Below are positions 21,539 to 31,609 of a DNA stretch of 64,000 bases, piece by piece. Every line of letters starts with the position of its first letter. Position 1 is the first letter of the stretch. The translations under genes and the position numbers were made by a program. Under the pieces are notes generated by a model, which made no database searches, was not told where the DNA came from, and was given only the letters and a program-made list of their open reading frames with translations. Source of the DNA: an uncultured delta proteobacterium (GTDB lineage Bacteria > Desulfobacterota > Desulfobacteria > Desulfobacterales > B30-G6); assembly GCA_963823335.1 (NCBI GenBank), contig CAWGLD010000001.1, positions 1,472,001-1,536,000 on the forward strand, given 5' to 3'.

Positions 21539-21600
21539 GCAATAAGCTGTAAGCGGTATGCTTTAGCTGGCTTATGGCTAATAGCTTAAGGCTTACAGCT
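21539..21600. repeat. Heptamer-repeat hairpin
   Basis: GCAATAAGCTGTAAGC is identical to 49855-49870; complementary arm GCTTACAGCT. Confidence 0.6.
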
Positions 21601-21639
21601 GTATTCCAACAAGCGGTTCCAGCACAGGGGGGCGACACG

Positions 21640-23301
21640 ATGACGAAGTTGAACGTTTTTAGACTCAAGAATGCCTTGCTTTTTGCAAATTGTATTTCAA
21701 ACGCCTTCGGTATTATAGTGATTGTTTTCATTCTCAGGGGCTTGGGTGACCTGATTACACCTGAGGTCCGGATGCTGGCCAATCGTATCCATATATTTTT
21801 TCTGCCCCTGTCCTTAATTGTTCCTATTGCCATCGCCGTGGCTTATGAAAAGCCCATCCGGCGCTACTTGGACAGGCAGTATCGAAATGAACCCGTTTCG
21901 GAAGAGTCCACGCTTCTGGTACGTCGGCGGCTTCTTAACGAACCGATTTTCTTGATTGTGCTGAATTTCATTGTCTGGCTAATCGCTGGGTGTGTCTATT
22001 CAGGGGTATTCTGGCTAAATGGTGCCGACCGGGAGTCCGTCTGGGAGGCCTTCTTTCAAAATATTTTTACCGGGATCATCACCGTAACCATCGCCTTTTT
22101 TGTGTTAGAATTCATTTTTCAGCGATGGGTGGTGAAATATTTTTTTCCGGAAGGCGGTCTGTCCGCCACGGCCAAAACCTTTCATATACGTATAAAGACG
22201 CGTTTGATGGCCCTGCTCCTGGCCATCAATATCGTACCGCTGATGGCGATCTATGGCGATGTGTCCAAAATATACACGCCCGGGACAGGTATTCATCCGT
22301 ATATCTACCAACTGGAAGAGGCTATCAAGTTTGAAGTTTTGATGTTTGTCTGTGTCGGTATCTGGGTTGTCTTTCTGGTGAGCAGCAACCTGACCAAACC
22401 GTTCAAGAACATCATCCAGGTGCTGCACAACATAAAAAAGGGAAATTTTTCCAGCCGGGTTCAGGTGACATCCAACGATGAAATCGGGTACACCGGTGAC
22501 ACCATCAATGAAATGACCCAGGGGTTGCTGGAGCGGGACAGAATTCAACAGTCTCTGTCCCTGGCCATGGAGATCCAGCAGAATCTTGTTCCAAGAAAGA
22601 ATGTAAAGACCAATGGGCTGGATATGGCCGGGCGTAGTGTCTACTGTGATGAAACCGGTGGTGATTACTATGATTTCATTCCCATGGCCGGCAATGAAAC
22701 TCCAAAAACAGGTGTTGCCATCGGCGATGTGTCCGGCCACGGTATATCGTCGGCACTGCTCATGGCAACGGTACGGGCATCCTTGCGGCAACGAACATCC
22801 TTGCCGGGGGGGCTCGCGGAAATGATATCGGATGTCAATTTTCAACTCGCCAAAGACGTTGAGTACTCCGGAGACTTTATGACCTTGTTCTTCCTGGTGA
22901 TAGACACCCTGAAGGGGCAGCTCGAATGGGTGCGCGCGGGCCACGATCCGGCTGTCATATATACACCGGAAACCGATTCATTTCAGGAACTGGAGGGCGC
23001 CGGCATGGCGCTGGGTGTGCAGGCTGACGCGTGTTATGAAGAGGTTCAGCTGCAGGGTCTGTCCAGGGGCCAGATCATTCTGCTTGGAACGGATGGCATC
23101 TGGGAGGCCCAGAACCGGAAAGGTGTGCGTATGGGCAAGGATCCCGTCTATCGGGTTATCCGTGAGCATGCTGCCGAAAGCGCACCGGAAATTCTCCAGG
23201 CTGTTTTTGACAGCCTCAAGGCGTTTCAACAGGGCGCAAAGAGAGAGGACGACATCACGGCGGTTGTCGTTAAAGCTGAAACATCGATTGGGGGTGGGTA
23301 A
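21640..23301 (+). CDS. Membrane-bound SpoIIE/PP2C-type phosphatase with HAMP domain
   Basis: TM region, HAMP (SNDEIGYTGDTINEM), GGDYYDF, GDVSGHG, RAGHDP, GTDGIWEA, DDIT. Confidence 0.92.
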   Translation: MTKLNVFRLKNALLFANCISNAFGIIVIVFILRGLGDLITPEVRMLANRIHIFFLPLSLIVPIAIAVAYEKPIRRYLDRQYRNEPVSEESTLLVRRRLLNEPIFLIVLNFIVWLIAGCVYSGVFWLNGADRESVWEAFFQNIFTGIITVTIAFFVLEFIFQRWVVKYFFPEGGLSATAKTFHIRIKTRLMALLLAINIVPLMAIYGDVSKIYTPGTGIHPYIYQLEEAIKFEVLMFVCVGIWVVFLVSSNLTKPFKNIIQVLHNIKKGNFSSRVQVTSNDEIGYTGDTINEMTQGLLERDRIQQSLSLAMEIQQNLVPRKNVKTNGLDMAGRSVYCDETGGDYYDFIPMAGNETPKTGVAIGDVSGHGISSALLMATVRASLRQRTSLPGGLAEMISDVNFQLAKDVEYSGDFMTLFFLVIDTLKGQLEWVRAGHDPAVIYTPETDSFQELEGAGMALGVQADACYEEVQLQGLSRGQIILLGTDGIWEAQNRKGVRMGKDPVYRVIREHAAESAPEILQAVFDSLKAFQQGAKREDDITAVVVKAETSIGGG

Positions 23302-23365
23302 ACGGGAAACCACACGCTTGGCAACGACTGTAGGCGGCAGACAAGGGTACTGGTTTACACTCGCA

Positions 23366-24190
23366 TCATCGCCAGCTCACCCTTGGGGAATTCCTCAACG
23401 GCAAGCGCTGATATCTGAGTTGGGGGTATCCCACCATCACCGCCCCGAAGGCCCGGTGCCGGGCCGGCAGTTCCAGGGCCTTAAAAAGAGGCGGGTAGGC
23501 ATTGACCGCCGAATAAAAATAGCCCCCCCAGCAGGATCCCAGACCTATCGTGGGGGCAAACAGTTCAAAGTAACTTAACGCCAGGGCGGAATCCTCGGCG
23601 CCAAACCCGTAGGTTTTGTCGCCATGGACCACAACCATGTGCGGTGCCCCCCGGCAGATTCGTTCTTGTCCGCCATCCCAGGCATTCACGACTCTGGGCA
23701 GACCCCTGAGCTGGGCCTGTTCCGGATACTGCTCGATGACCGTGCGCATCCAGTCAACCACCATTTCCGCGTATCGCCTGACATCGGCCGGGTCTTCCAC
23801 CACGGTCCAATACCAGGGCTGGTTGTTTTTTGCCGAAGGTGCATAGCAGGCAATTTCAATCAGTTTCTGCAGCTTATGGCGTTCGACCGGCCGGCGCCTG
23901 AAATTACGGATGGATCGGCGAGAGCGTATAAACTGCTCAGCCTGTTCTGCAGTGAGAACAAGATCCTTATTGAGGGGTGGCCAGGTTTCAGGGCCGAGCC
24001 GTTCCATTTGAAAGGCCCCTGTTGGGCAAACCGCCACACAGTGGCCGCAGTTCAGACAGTGGTCTTCATAATCCAATGTCCGGACGGGATGTTTTCCCAA
24101 TGCATCCAGCTGAATTACGCCGGTGGGACAGGCTTTGATGCAAATTCCGTCTTTGTCGCATTTCTCCAGATCAATCGTGAAAGATGGCAT
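23366..24190 (-). CDS. Nitroreductase family protein with N-terminal 4Fe-4S dicluster
   Basis: CDKDGICIKACP and CLNCGHCVAVCP, RRSIRNF, APSAKNNQPW, GLGSCWGG. Confidence 0.92.
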   Translation of the reverse strand: MPSFTIDLEKCDKDGICIKACPTGVIQLDALGKHPVRTLDYEDHCLNCGHCVAVCPTGAFQMERLGPETWPPLNKDLVLTAEQAEQFIRSRRSIRNFRRRPVERHKLQKLIEIACYAPSAKNNQPWYWTVVEDPADVRRYAEMVVDWMRTVIEQYPEQAQLRGLPRVVNAWDGGQERICRGAPHMVVVHGDKTYGFGAEDSALALSYFELFAPTIGLGSCWGGYFYSAVNAYPPLFKALELPARHRAFGAVMVGYPQLRYQRLPLRNSPRVSWR

Positions 24191-24446
24191 ATAGCTGACT
24201 CCTGCTTTTATCACGCAACATTAAAATTCACCCTGACGGGTACCTGATTCTTCATAAAACAGAAATAGACCATATCTATAAAAAGCCCAATTGTAAAGAT
24301 AGCGGGGACGGGTATTATTGTATTACTTAATCCCCATCCGACAACAAAATAAGCTGCAGACGGTTTGTTCTTGACCCGTCTTTCGCTAAGACGTATAAAC
24401 AAGGCCCCTAATTTTTGGGGAAAAAATAAAACTGGAGGTAATAGAA

Positions 24447-24719
24447 ATGAATAAAGGCGAATTGATCAATGCAGTGGCTAACGTCGTATCTTCAAAAAAG
24501 GAAGCCCAGGCTGCGGTGGATTGTGTTTTGTCAGAGATTGTGGGTGCACTGGAGAAAAATGAAGCGGTTCAGCTTGTAGGATTTGGAACGTTTAAGGTCA
24601 ACAAGAGAAGTGCAAGGGAAGGTAGAAATCCGCAAACGGGAGAGACCATGCACATTGAAGAGAAAATGGTTCCGAAGTTCGTGCCGGGAAAAGCCCTGAA
24701 GGATGCTGTAAACAAATAG
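24447..24719 (+). CDS. hup: HU family DNA-binding protein
   Basis: MNKGELI, LVGFGTF, AREGRNPQTGE, PKFVPGKALKDAV; GGAGG RBS. Confidence 0.95.
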   Translation: MNKGELINAVANVVSSKKEAQAAVDCVLSEIVGALEKNEAVQLVGFGTFKVNKRSAREGRNPQTGETMHIEEKMVPKFVPGKALKDAVNK

Positions 24720-24762
24720 CTGCTCAGTGATAACGGTATGCTGATATATGTATTTGTACCTG

Positions 24763-24801
24763 AAAACCCGATTTCCGGAAACGGATTTCGGGTTTTATTT
24801 T
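24763..24801 (+). terminator. Rho-independent terminator after hup (probably bidirectional)
   Basis: AAAACCCGA...TCGGGTTTT stem followed by a T-run. Confidence 0.7.
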
Positions 24802-24900
24802 GATAGATGGGAAAAATGGTTTACTTTTTTTGCTTGAGTTGGGTATTGTCCAACACCGTTCCTATGTTTCAATTTACCTGGAATTGAACATTTTGACTGT

Positions 24901-25707
24901 TCACAGTCTGTAGAAAGGGCGTTCACCTTTCTGCTCGTAATAGGGCATCATTTTGGGCACAAAAGTCGCAAGCTTTTTTTCTCGGTTTTCTGGAGAAGGA
25001 TGGGTACTGAGAAATTGGGGAGGACCCTTACCACCGACTTTAGCCATCTTCTGCCAGAGGGCGATCGATGCCCGGGGGTCATAACCAGCCTTTGCGGCCA
25101 GTTCAATCCCGATTTCGTCCGCTTCGGACTCTGCTGCACGACTGTTAGGTTTCTGGATCACCAGGGCAGCAGCGAGAGCCGCTCCAGTCAACGCCAGGGC
25201 CTTATTGTCGGCTGCGACAGCAACCGCAGCCACCCCAATCGAACTTGCCATGTACACCGACATTTTCTCAGCTGAATGCTTGGCCAAGGCATGGGCAATT
25301 TCATGACCAAGAACTTGTGCTAGCTCATCATCTGTTGCTTTGAGTTTTTCCACGAGACCGGTGTAAAGGGCCATTTTGCCACCTGCCATCGCCCATGCAT
25401 TGACCGTTTCCGGGTCATCAATAATTTTGATGCTCCAGCTCCAATCTTTGGTTTCGGGCCGCATTTTAATTGCCTGTGCGATTAGGCGTCCAGTAATCCG
25501 GTAAACACGATCCCTCAATGCCGGATTGTTGTCAATTTTCCCCTGCTTTTCATAGGGTTTGAGCATCTCTGTATACGCCTGCTTTGAAGCGGCAATGGCT
25601 GAGTCTTCCGAGACAATCATAAGCTGATGTCTTCCGGTAGGGCTTGTGGCGCAGGACACTATTAGAATTGTAAACAGTAGAAAGATAGCATAACGTATTT
25701 TTTTCAT
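24901..25707 (-). CDS. M48 family metallopeptidase lipoprotein
   Basis: Lipobox IVSC, VNAWAMAGGK, HEIAH, ESEADEIG, FLSTHP. Confidence 0.92.
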   Translation of the reverse strand: MKKIRYAIFLLFTILIVSCATSPTGRHQLMIVSEDSAIAASKQAYTEMLKPYEKQGKIDNNPALRDRVYRITGRLIAQAIKMRPETKDWSWSIKIIDDPETVNAWAMAGGKMALYTGLVEKLKATDDELAQVLGHEIAHALAKHSAEKMSVYMASSIGVAAVAVAADNKALALTGAALAAALVIQKPNSRAAESEADEIGIELAAKAGYDPRASIALWQKMAKVGGKGPPQFLSTHPSPENREKKLATFVPKMMPYYEQKGERPFYRL

Positions 25708-25874
25708 ATCGACAATCCGAATTGACATTATTATGAATTCTTTGATCTATATTATTTTATTTACATTAACATTCATTAGCTCACGATAGCACCACAGCGG
25801 CTAATTGCCAATAAGATACAGTTTATCTTGGCGTAAGACAGAGAAACCTATAGACATTCTTCTCTATTAGAAGT

Positions 25875-26171
25875 CTACCAGAGACCTATATCATAAAAAT
25901 TGTATTCCGCCTTGCTTACAAGTTGTTTTTCGATGTTGTTAACCAGTTCGATCCGACGCTTGTTCCTATGAAATTTCTGCCAATACTCCAAAGATGTCCA
26001 TCTACCAATAACCACGCATTCTTCAGTGCGATCTAAGTTAAAAAATGTTTCGCCTGAAATGTATCCCGGCTGTCTGACTGCGAGAGACCTTAACTCTATT
26101 ATAAGAGGCATAAGCTCCTTTGCATCAACACCAGGCTTTGTTACACGTTTTATTAGAACTCCAATCGCCAT
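25875..26171 (-). CDS. Antibiotic biosynthesis monooxygenase (ABM) domain protein
   Basis: ELRSLAVRQPGYISGET...W.SLEYW pattern; GAGGTG RBS. Confidence 0.75.
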   Translation of the reverse strand: MAIGVLIKRVTKPGVDAKELMPLIIELRSLAVRQPGYISGETFFNLDRTEECVVIGRWTSLEYWQKFHRNKRRIELVNNIEKQLVSKAEYNFYDIGLW

Positions 26172-26337
26172 ATTTTTCACCTCTATTAAATAGATAGCCG
26201 ATATTTTCAGCGTTGTTGGAAGGCTGCAAATTTACACCAATTTCAAATATCATCGATATCACTACTTTTTTAATCCTTATAAAGTTTGAACGTGTTGGGA
26301 GTTTGTCATATGCACACGTCACATTAAAATTAGCAAT

Positions 26338-26766
26338 TTATTGTCTTTGACGAACACACCGAACATAAAGTTCAAATGCCTTCTCGTCGCTGACTAACAT
26401 ACCATTGCTGAAATCAATAGCATACGCAGCACCATCCCTTCCCTCGTATGTAGTTGCAGACCAGTAGTGTGAGGGCTTGGTTAGTGGAAACACAACCAGG
26501 TCAATCGTCATCCCGGAACTTGTTATAACTACAATCGTTTCTAGTGCCCTGATACTCGGTAAATGCCAGTCCTGCTGGTTGGCATAATCTAACTCTTCGC
26601 AGTAGGCTATTGCGGATCCCCAGTCCTTTTTAGTATCTGTTGTCTGCCAGATTAGTCCTGTGGCAGGGTCCGCAAATACCTTATCCTCACTACCTATGAA
26701 CTTTTCTGTACAACCACTCACAAAGAAAACAGATAAGATCAGTACAATAAAATTGACATTTTTCAT
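26338..26766 (-). CDS. DUF1566 (Lcl C-terminal) domain lipoprotein
   Basis: Lipobox VSGC, DPATGLIWQ, W..AIAYC, DWHLPSIRAL, YWSATT, C-terminal YVRCVR. Confidence 0.85.
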   Translation of the reverse strand: MKNVNFIVLILSVFFVSGCTEKFIGSEDKVFADPATGLIWQTTDTKKDWGSAIAYCEELDYANQQDWHLPSIRALETIVVITSSGMTIDLVVFPLTKPSHYWSATTYEGRDGAAYAIDFSNGMLVSDEKAFELYVRCVRQRQ

Positions 26767-26864
26767 TTGCGATCCTCCTTTCTCATTTTTATGAAAGAGC
26801 ACAGAAATTTCTATTCTACTGTATAAGATTAAGGGCTAATGCAAGATTTTACGTTTTTGAAAGG

Positions 26865-26979
26865 TAAGAACAGACCGAGGATAGGCCAACTCAAATATAG
26901 ATTTGGAAATGAGTATCAGATCAGGTGTGATTCAGATGCGTTATAAGTTGCATACATTATTTGGATAGCGGAGTCAAGA
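26865..26979 (-). promoter_or_regulatory. Island repeat A, copy 1 (promoter-like)
   Basis: Minus strand TTGACT-N17-TATGCA; alignable to 38896-39000 and 40440-40565. Confidence 0.55.
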
Positions 26980-27021
26980 AATGGGTTTCTCAGCGGTACG
27001 GATACATCTTTTTACATTAAG

Positions 27022-27270
27022 TTACATTTTTATCTTTTTCTCTTCTAATTCACTGATGAGTTGCTTTAGATGAAAATCCCTGGCTTCGACTTTAATCATC
27101 ATCATACTGAATGACTCGGCCATTTCTGAAAAAATATGCGGATATCTGCCGGTCTTCGATAGCTCCAATAACCTTTCGACATCTTTTTTGTCGTATTTGC
27201 CTGAAGCGATCTTTTTGAATGAAGAATTCATCATATCCAGGAGATCTAAATAGTAGCGTTCATAATCCAT
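27022..27270 (-). CDS. Small HAMP/coiled-coil-like hypothetical protein
   Basis: GGAGGA RBS; KKIASGKY...EMAESFSMMMIKVEARDFHLKQLISEL resembles a stand-alone HAMP plus signalling helix. Confidence 0.55.
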   Translation of the reverse strand: MDYERYYLDLLDMMNSSFKKIASGKYDKKDVERLLELSKTGRYPHIFSEMAESFSMMMIKVEARDFHLKQLISELEEKKIKM

Positions 27271-27491
27271 GTCTAATTCCTCCAACTATAAATTATGTAT
27301 AAATAACAGACAGCTATAATGCTCAAAGAAAGAGAACTCATATATCAGTTTCTGCTAACTTCAGATTTATTCGATATCACAACTTATTTAGCCAGATAAA
27401 TTTTACAACGCAACTGGAGGTAGCGCAAGTTTTATATATGAAAGCTCTTTAATTCGCATTTTGACTATTCTGTTCTTTTGTATCCGGGTTT

Positions 27492-28463
27492 TCATTTTCC
27501 TGACGGCATTATCGACTTCGACTGCAATGACGCGGCCAACGCCTGGGCGATGTTTTCGGCCAGTTTCTGGCCAGACGCTTCGTGCACACCGGCGAAATAT
27601 GGACCCACGGAAAACATGAGATCAAAGCTTCCCATGATTTCTATCATTCGGGCACCCAGGAGGGCGATTCCCGGTTTCACATCTCTGCCGCCGTAGTTCT
27701 TAAAGTATGTATGAAGATCATCCACCAGCTCCCTGGCATCTTGATCTGTTTTGCGTATTGAAAAGTAGGCCGTTGCCCGGTCTTCACCGGCCTGGTATTC
27801 GGCTGTGAAGACATTATCAAGGGAATTTAAACCAAAGACATCCCTGGAAATCATGGATGCGCTGCCCCTAACGAGGTTTTCCAATGGAAAGCGTGCCAGT
27901 TGAGGAAGTTCTTGCTCTTTCACGGGTGTCTCCCGGACAAATTGTTCAGCCAGGGATTTCAGAAGGGTTATGTCACCGTCCAGGGGTTGGATCCAAAGTA
28001 TTTCCACATAATAAGGACCATGCACCAGGTAAACGGTGTTTTCAGTTTGATATGCAAACGCGGTCACGTCCATAACTTGCGCATTGTCACGTCGTTGCAG
28101 GCTGAAAACAGAAAACGCATTCAACAGGCTTCCCATGTGAAAGATATTGACCTCTATCATGGAATCGACATGTTCAATAGCTTCATACAACTGGCTGGTG
28201 AGGGAGACAAAGCCTGCTGAAAGATAAAATTCCGCCTGTCCGTTAATTTTTTCCCAGAGGGTGTCCGGGCTGAATACCTCCGCAGCACCAGACACGTTGA
28301 GACCAGGGAGATGGGCTATGGAAGGCGCCAGCTTTTCGGATTGTCCCGCCACAGCGGCTTCAAAGACCAACAGCAGACCGAACAGGATGACTGCGAGGCC
28401 AGATATGATCAAGCTCCGACAAGGGATACTGCCAAGGTCTGCTGGTTCACTCTTTGTGATCAT
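27492..28463 (-). CDS. Exported hypothetical protein (DUF6599-like)
   Basis: N-terminal TM or signal segment; motif TLWEKINGQAEFYL..GF; follows the aldo/keto reductase. Confidence 0.65.
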   Translation of the reverse strand: MITKSEPADLGSIPCRSLIISGLAVILFGLLLVFEAAVAGQSEKLAPSIAHLPGLNVSGAAEVFSPDTLWEKINGQAEFYLSAGFVSLTSQLYEAIEHVDSMIEVNIFHMGSLLNAFSVFSLQRRDNAQVMDVTAFAYQTENTVYLVHGPYYVEILWIQPLDGDITLLKSLAEQFVRETPVKEQELPQLARFPLENLVRGSASMISRDVFGLNSLDNVFTAEYQAGEDRATAYFSIRKTDQDARELVDDLHTYFKNYGGRDVKPGIALLGARMIEIMGSFDLMFSVGPYFAGVHEASGQKLAENIAQALAASLQSKSIMPSGK

Positions 28464-28480
28464 GAGGTGCAATGTCCGGG

Positions 28481-29725
28481 CTATGCGAATTTTTCTGACG
28501 CTTTCCGCATGAGTTTTGTTATGGGCATGTTCTGGGGGCATCGACGCTCGGCCTTTGAAAAATCCGTCACAAGGAGCTGCCTGCCCACGGCCGGCGCAAT
28601 TTTTTTCAAGTATCCAACGGACATCTCCGGCTTTCCATAGGCATTTTCGTACATGAGATTGCGCATGATATCGCTGATGGGGACATCTGCACCCACGCAG
28701 GATTCACAGATATCTGCACAGCCGGCGCAGTAACCAGGAGCCGTCCGCCGGGCATAAATTTCCAGACGCTGTTTGTCACCAGCGGACAGATTTTTCTTAT
28801 TCAACGCCGCAGCCACATTGGCCTGCAGGATTGTCATGTTCGGCATGGCCGAGCAGATGCTGGCAATATGCGGGTTTTCCCACACAGCCCTGAGCTTGGC
28901 CTGTTCGGCCGTATACCCTTTTTCCAACAGCCTATCGGTCATTTTCTGCGCTTCATCTGTTTCAGACCCTATGGATGAATAAAAATTTGCGGAGAAAGAG
29001 GCCTGAGTTTTCATGGCAGTCAATCCTATTCCGGCCTTGACACAGGCATCCACCGCTCTTTTCATTTCGCTTTTTACCATGAGCCTGTAATTATAACTCA
29101 CCATGATACCATCGATCCATCCAAGTTCAGCTGCGGCAAGCATGTTGTTTTCCATGTTTGTATGGGCGCTGAATCCAAACAAACGAATCTTTCCCTGGGC
29201 TTTGGTCTTTTCAGCCCAGATCTTGACGCCATCTGTCAGCCGGTCTTTAACATTACCCACATGGTGAATAAAATACAAATCGATGTAGGATGTATGCATT
29301 CTTTGAAGGGATTCGTTTAATTTGTCCGTCAATGTTTCAGGATCTGAAGAGCCTGCTTTGGTTACAAGGAACACTTTTTGGCGGTCGTCTGGAAACCTGG
29401 AAAAATATTTGCCGATGGCCTTTTCGTTTTTCCCCCAACCATATGAATCTGCCGTGTCCCAATAGGTGACACCCATTTTAATCGCTTGACTGAACATGAG
29501 CTGGTCTGACATGCCCAATACACCACCGAGGGAAAGAATCGATACCTCGACGCCGGTTTTTCCAAAGGGCCGTGTGGGCACGAGCATGGGTTCGGAATTC
29601 ACTGCTGCTGTGCTTCCAGATGTCTGTGCCAAAGCGTTAAAGGGTAAAAGTGATGATCCTAAACCGATGGCTCCGGCGGTCTTGATAAAATCTCTCCTCG
29701 ATAACTTGCCGGTTTTTTTGGACAT
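28481..29725 (-). CDS. Tat-exported aldo/keto reductase with C-terminal Fe-S motif
   Basis: LSRRDFIK twin-arginine signal, WDTADSYG, YIDLYFIH, YCAGCADICESC...CP. Confidence 0.88.
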   Translation of the reverse strand: MSKKTGKLSRRDFIKTAGAIGLGSSLLPFNALAQTSGSTAAVNSEPMLVPTRPFGKTGVEVSILSLGGVLGMSDQLMFSQAIKMGVTYWDTADSYGWGKNEKAIGKYFSRFPDDRQKVFLVTKAGSSDPETLTDKLNESLQRMHTSYIDLYFIHHVGNVKDRLTDGVKIWAEKTKAQGKIRLFGFSAHTNMENNMLAAAELGWIDGIMVSYNYRLMVKSEMKRAVDACVKAGIGLTAMKTQASFSANFYSSIGSETDEAQKMTDRLLEKGYTAEQAKLRAVWENPHIASICSAMPNMTILQANVAAALNKKNLSAGDKQRLEIYARRTAPGYCAGCADICESCVGADVPISDIMRNLMYENAYGKPEMSVGYLKKIAPAVGRQLLVTDFSKAERRCPQNMPITKLMRKASEKFA

Positions 29726-29813
29726 GCTTCATTTCTCCCGTTAATGTATGATTAAGCAATACAGAAACTAGTATTTAATGCTATGGCCGTGCAGCGTCCC
29801 AACGCAATGGTTT

Positions 29814-30935
29814 CTAACGGCGGGGTGTTAACTTTAACAAACGACCACCGGAACCGTCTTCAAGCACGTACAAAGCCCCTTCGGGCCCCTGTTCGATCTC
29901 GCGTATACGCTCACCCCATTTAAATCGTTCGGCTTCTTCGGCAGTGTCTCCTTTCAAATCGACACGAATAAGGGCTCTTGATACAAGTCCACCGATAATC
30001 GCACTGCCTTTCCAATCGGCAAACATGTTACCGTCATAAATAACAAGACCGGACGGTGCAATGGAGGGCACCCAAAAAGTCCGAGGGGCTTCGAATTCAG
30101 GACGGGTGTCATGATCGGGGATCGGCATACCCGAGTAGTGGTCGCCGTTCGATACGATCGGCCAGCCATAATTTTTTCCAGCAATGATCAGATTCAACTC
30201 ATCGCCGTGGCGCGGACCCATCTCATGGACCCACAAACGTCCGTCGGCATCAAAAGCGATGCCCAGCATGTTGCGGTGACCGACGGTCCAGAATTGCTTG
30301 GCAATCTCACCACGATTCTGCCACGGATTGTCATTGGGCACTGTTCCATCGTCGTTTAAGCGCAGCACCTTGCCAAGATGGCCGTCAAAATTTTGGGCCG
30401 GGGTAAGTTTCTGACGGTCTCCGGAGGTGATAAACATTTTACCATCTGGGCCGAACCCGATGCGATGGCTGTAATGTCCTTTTCCGGTAACTTTTGGCTT
30501 CTGAGCCCACAGTTTCTCCACTGACGCGAGCTTGAGCGGGCTGTTTTTAAGATCGAGTTTTGCACGGACCACCACCGCACCGAATGTGGCGTTATCCTCC
30601 CCGCGTTCGGCGTAAGACAAGTAGACCCAGGAATTGCGTTCAAAATCAGGATGCAGCACCACATCACCCAAGCCACCTTGACCGCCATAAGCGACCTTCC
30701 ACAAGCCCAGCACTTCTGCTTTCGATCCGTCTTTGGGAACATGCCACAGCATCCCTTTCTTCTCGGTCACCAAAAGAGTGCCATCGGGCAGGAAAGCCAT
30801 GGCCCAGGGCTCATCGAAAGTAGCGACCCGCGTGGCCGTAAGTTCGGTGCCCTTCGTGCCCTCAATTGGAAAGTCTCCGGCTGCAACCGGTACAGTCATT
30901 GTAATGATAATCAGCAAGGAGATAATCAAGCGCAT
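29814..30935 (-). CDS. PQQ-dependent sugar (glucose/sorbosone) dehydrogenase family protein
   Basis: Signal peptide from M30935; [54 protein letters not shown]. Confidence 0.9.
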   Translation of the reverse strand: MRLIISLLIIITMTVPVAAGDFPIEGTKGTELTATRVATFDEPWAMAFLPDGTLLVTEKKGMLWHVPKDGSKAEVLGLWKVAYGGQGGLGDVVLHPDFERNSWVYLSYAERGEDNATFGAVVVRAKLDLKNSPLKLASVEKLWAQKPKVTGKGHYSHRIGFGPDGKMFITSGDRQKLTPAQNFDGHLGKVLRLNDDGTVPNDNPWQNRGEIAKQFWTVGHRNMLGIAFDADGRLWVHEMGPRHGDELNLIIAGKNYGWPIVSNGDHYSGMPIPDHDTRPEFEAPRTFWVPSIAPSGLVIYDGNMFADWKGSAIIGGLVSRALIRVDLKGDTAEEAERFKWGERIREIEQGPEGALYVLEDGSGGRLLKLTPRR

Positions 30936-30947
30936 AGATGTGAGTCC

Positions 30948-31127
30948 TTTTCCTGTTTTTTGATATTCATTCCACAGCAAGACTGCAAAGAAGCCATCAA
31001 CGAAATCATTAAGGTTCTGCCCATGGGCATAGGTTTGTATGTTTGCTCCATCATAAAGAGCGATTGTTGTAATGTCGCCATAATCCCGTTCCATCCCAAT
31101 GGTTTCAATGTCCAGATAGGCAGTCAA
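30948..31127 (-). pseudogene. Internally deleted remnant of a YprB/RNase H-like exonuclease
   Basis: [24 protein letters not shown] is joined directly to [13 protein letters not shown], two segments that are normally well separated in this family. Confidence 0.6.
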
Positions 31128-31306
31128 TTCTCTGGATATTTATAAACGTTTAAACCAATAACGGCATTGGTCCCCTCGATCTTCTGGTTGCCCTTTGTAC
31201 TGGCGATGGTTATCGTTTTCCCGGATTTCGAGAGCCCGCTTTCTAATGATAAATCAACTTCGATAATCAGTTTGTTGTCTTTGACTTCCCATTTCACATT
31301 TTCCAT
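31124..31306 (-). CDS. Conserved small hypothetical protein
   Basis: 60 aa; VDLS...[22 protein letters not shown] resembles a recurrent small-protein family. Confidence 0.7.
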   Translation of the reverse strand: MENVKWEVKDNKLIIEVDLSLESGLSKSGKTITIASTKGNQKIEGTNAVIGLNVYKYPEN

Positions 31307-31405
31307 GAGGCCCCCTATTATTCATATTTGATTCGTATCAACTTCGCCTCCACAATAAATCTTTTTATACCATCGATGGGCAACATGCTCAACAAGCTAT
31401 ATAAT

Positions 31406-31456
31406 CCACAGGGATCAGTTATCTCTCCTGTACTTGCCAATATGACCCTGGATGGA
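31406..31456 (+). pseudogene. 17-codon fragment of a group II intron-type reverse transcriptase
   Basis: PQGSVISPVLANMTLDG matches the RT block-4 motif PQGxxxSPxLANxxL. Confidence 0.6.
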
Positions 31457-31609
31457 CGGGATTCGGCCTCAAAATTGAAGATAGCTCCCCTACACCTCAA
31501 CGGTAAAAGGAGCTTCTGAAAATCTGATAACATACTATTAAGTGATGTCTTGGCTTGAATGTCGGTCTTGTCAATTCAAGTATAGGTCAGGGCAGCTTGA
31601 CCCCCAATT

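Noticed and set aside
376-24247. Numerous antisense or overlapping ORFs in the track (e.g. 3620-4543, 6476-7387, 12425-13222, 22105-22944)
   Set aside because: Shadow frames of well-supported genes, with no recognisable motifs.
26338-31456. Diversity-generating retroelement (DUF1566 target plus RT)
   Set aside because: No template repeat matching the DUF1566 3' end was seen. The RT trace is only 17 codons and is group II-type (PQG..SP.LAN), not DGR-type.
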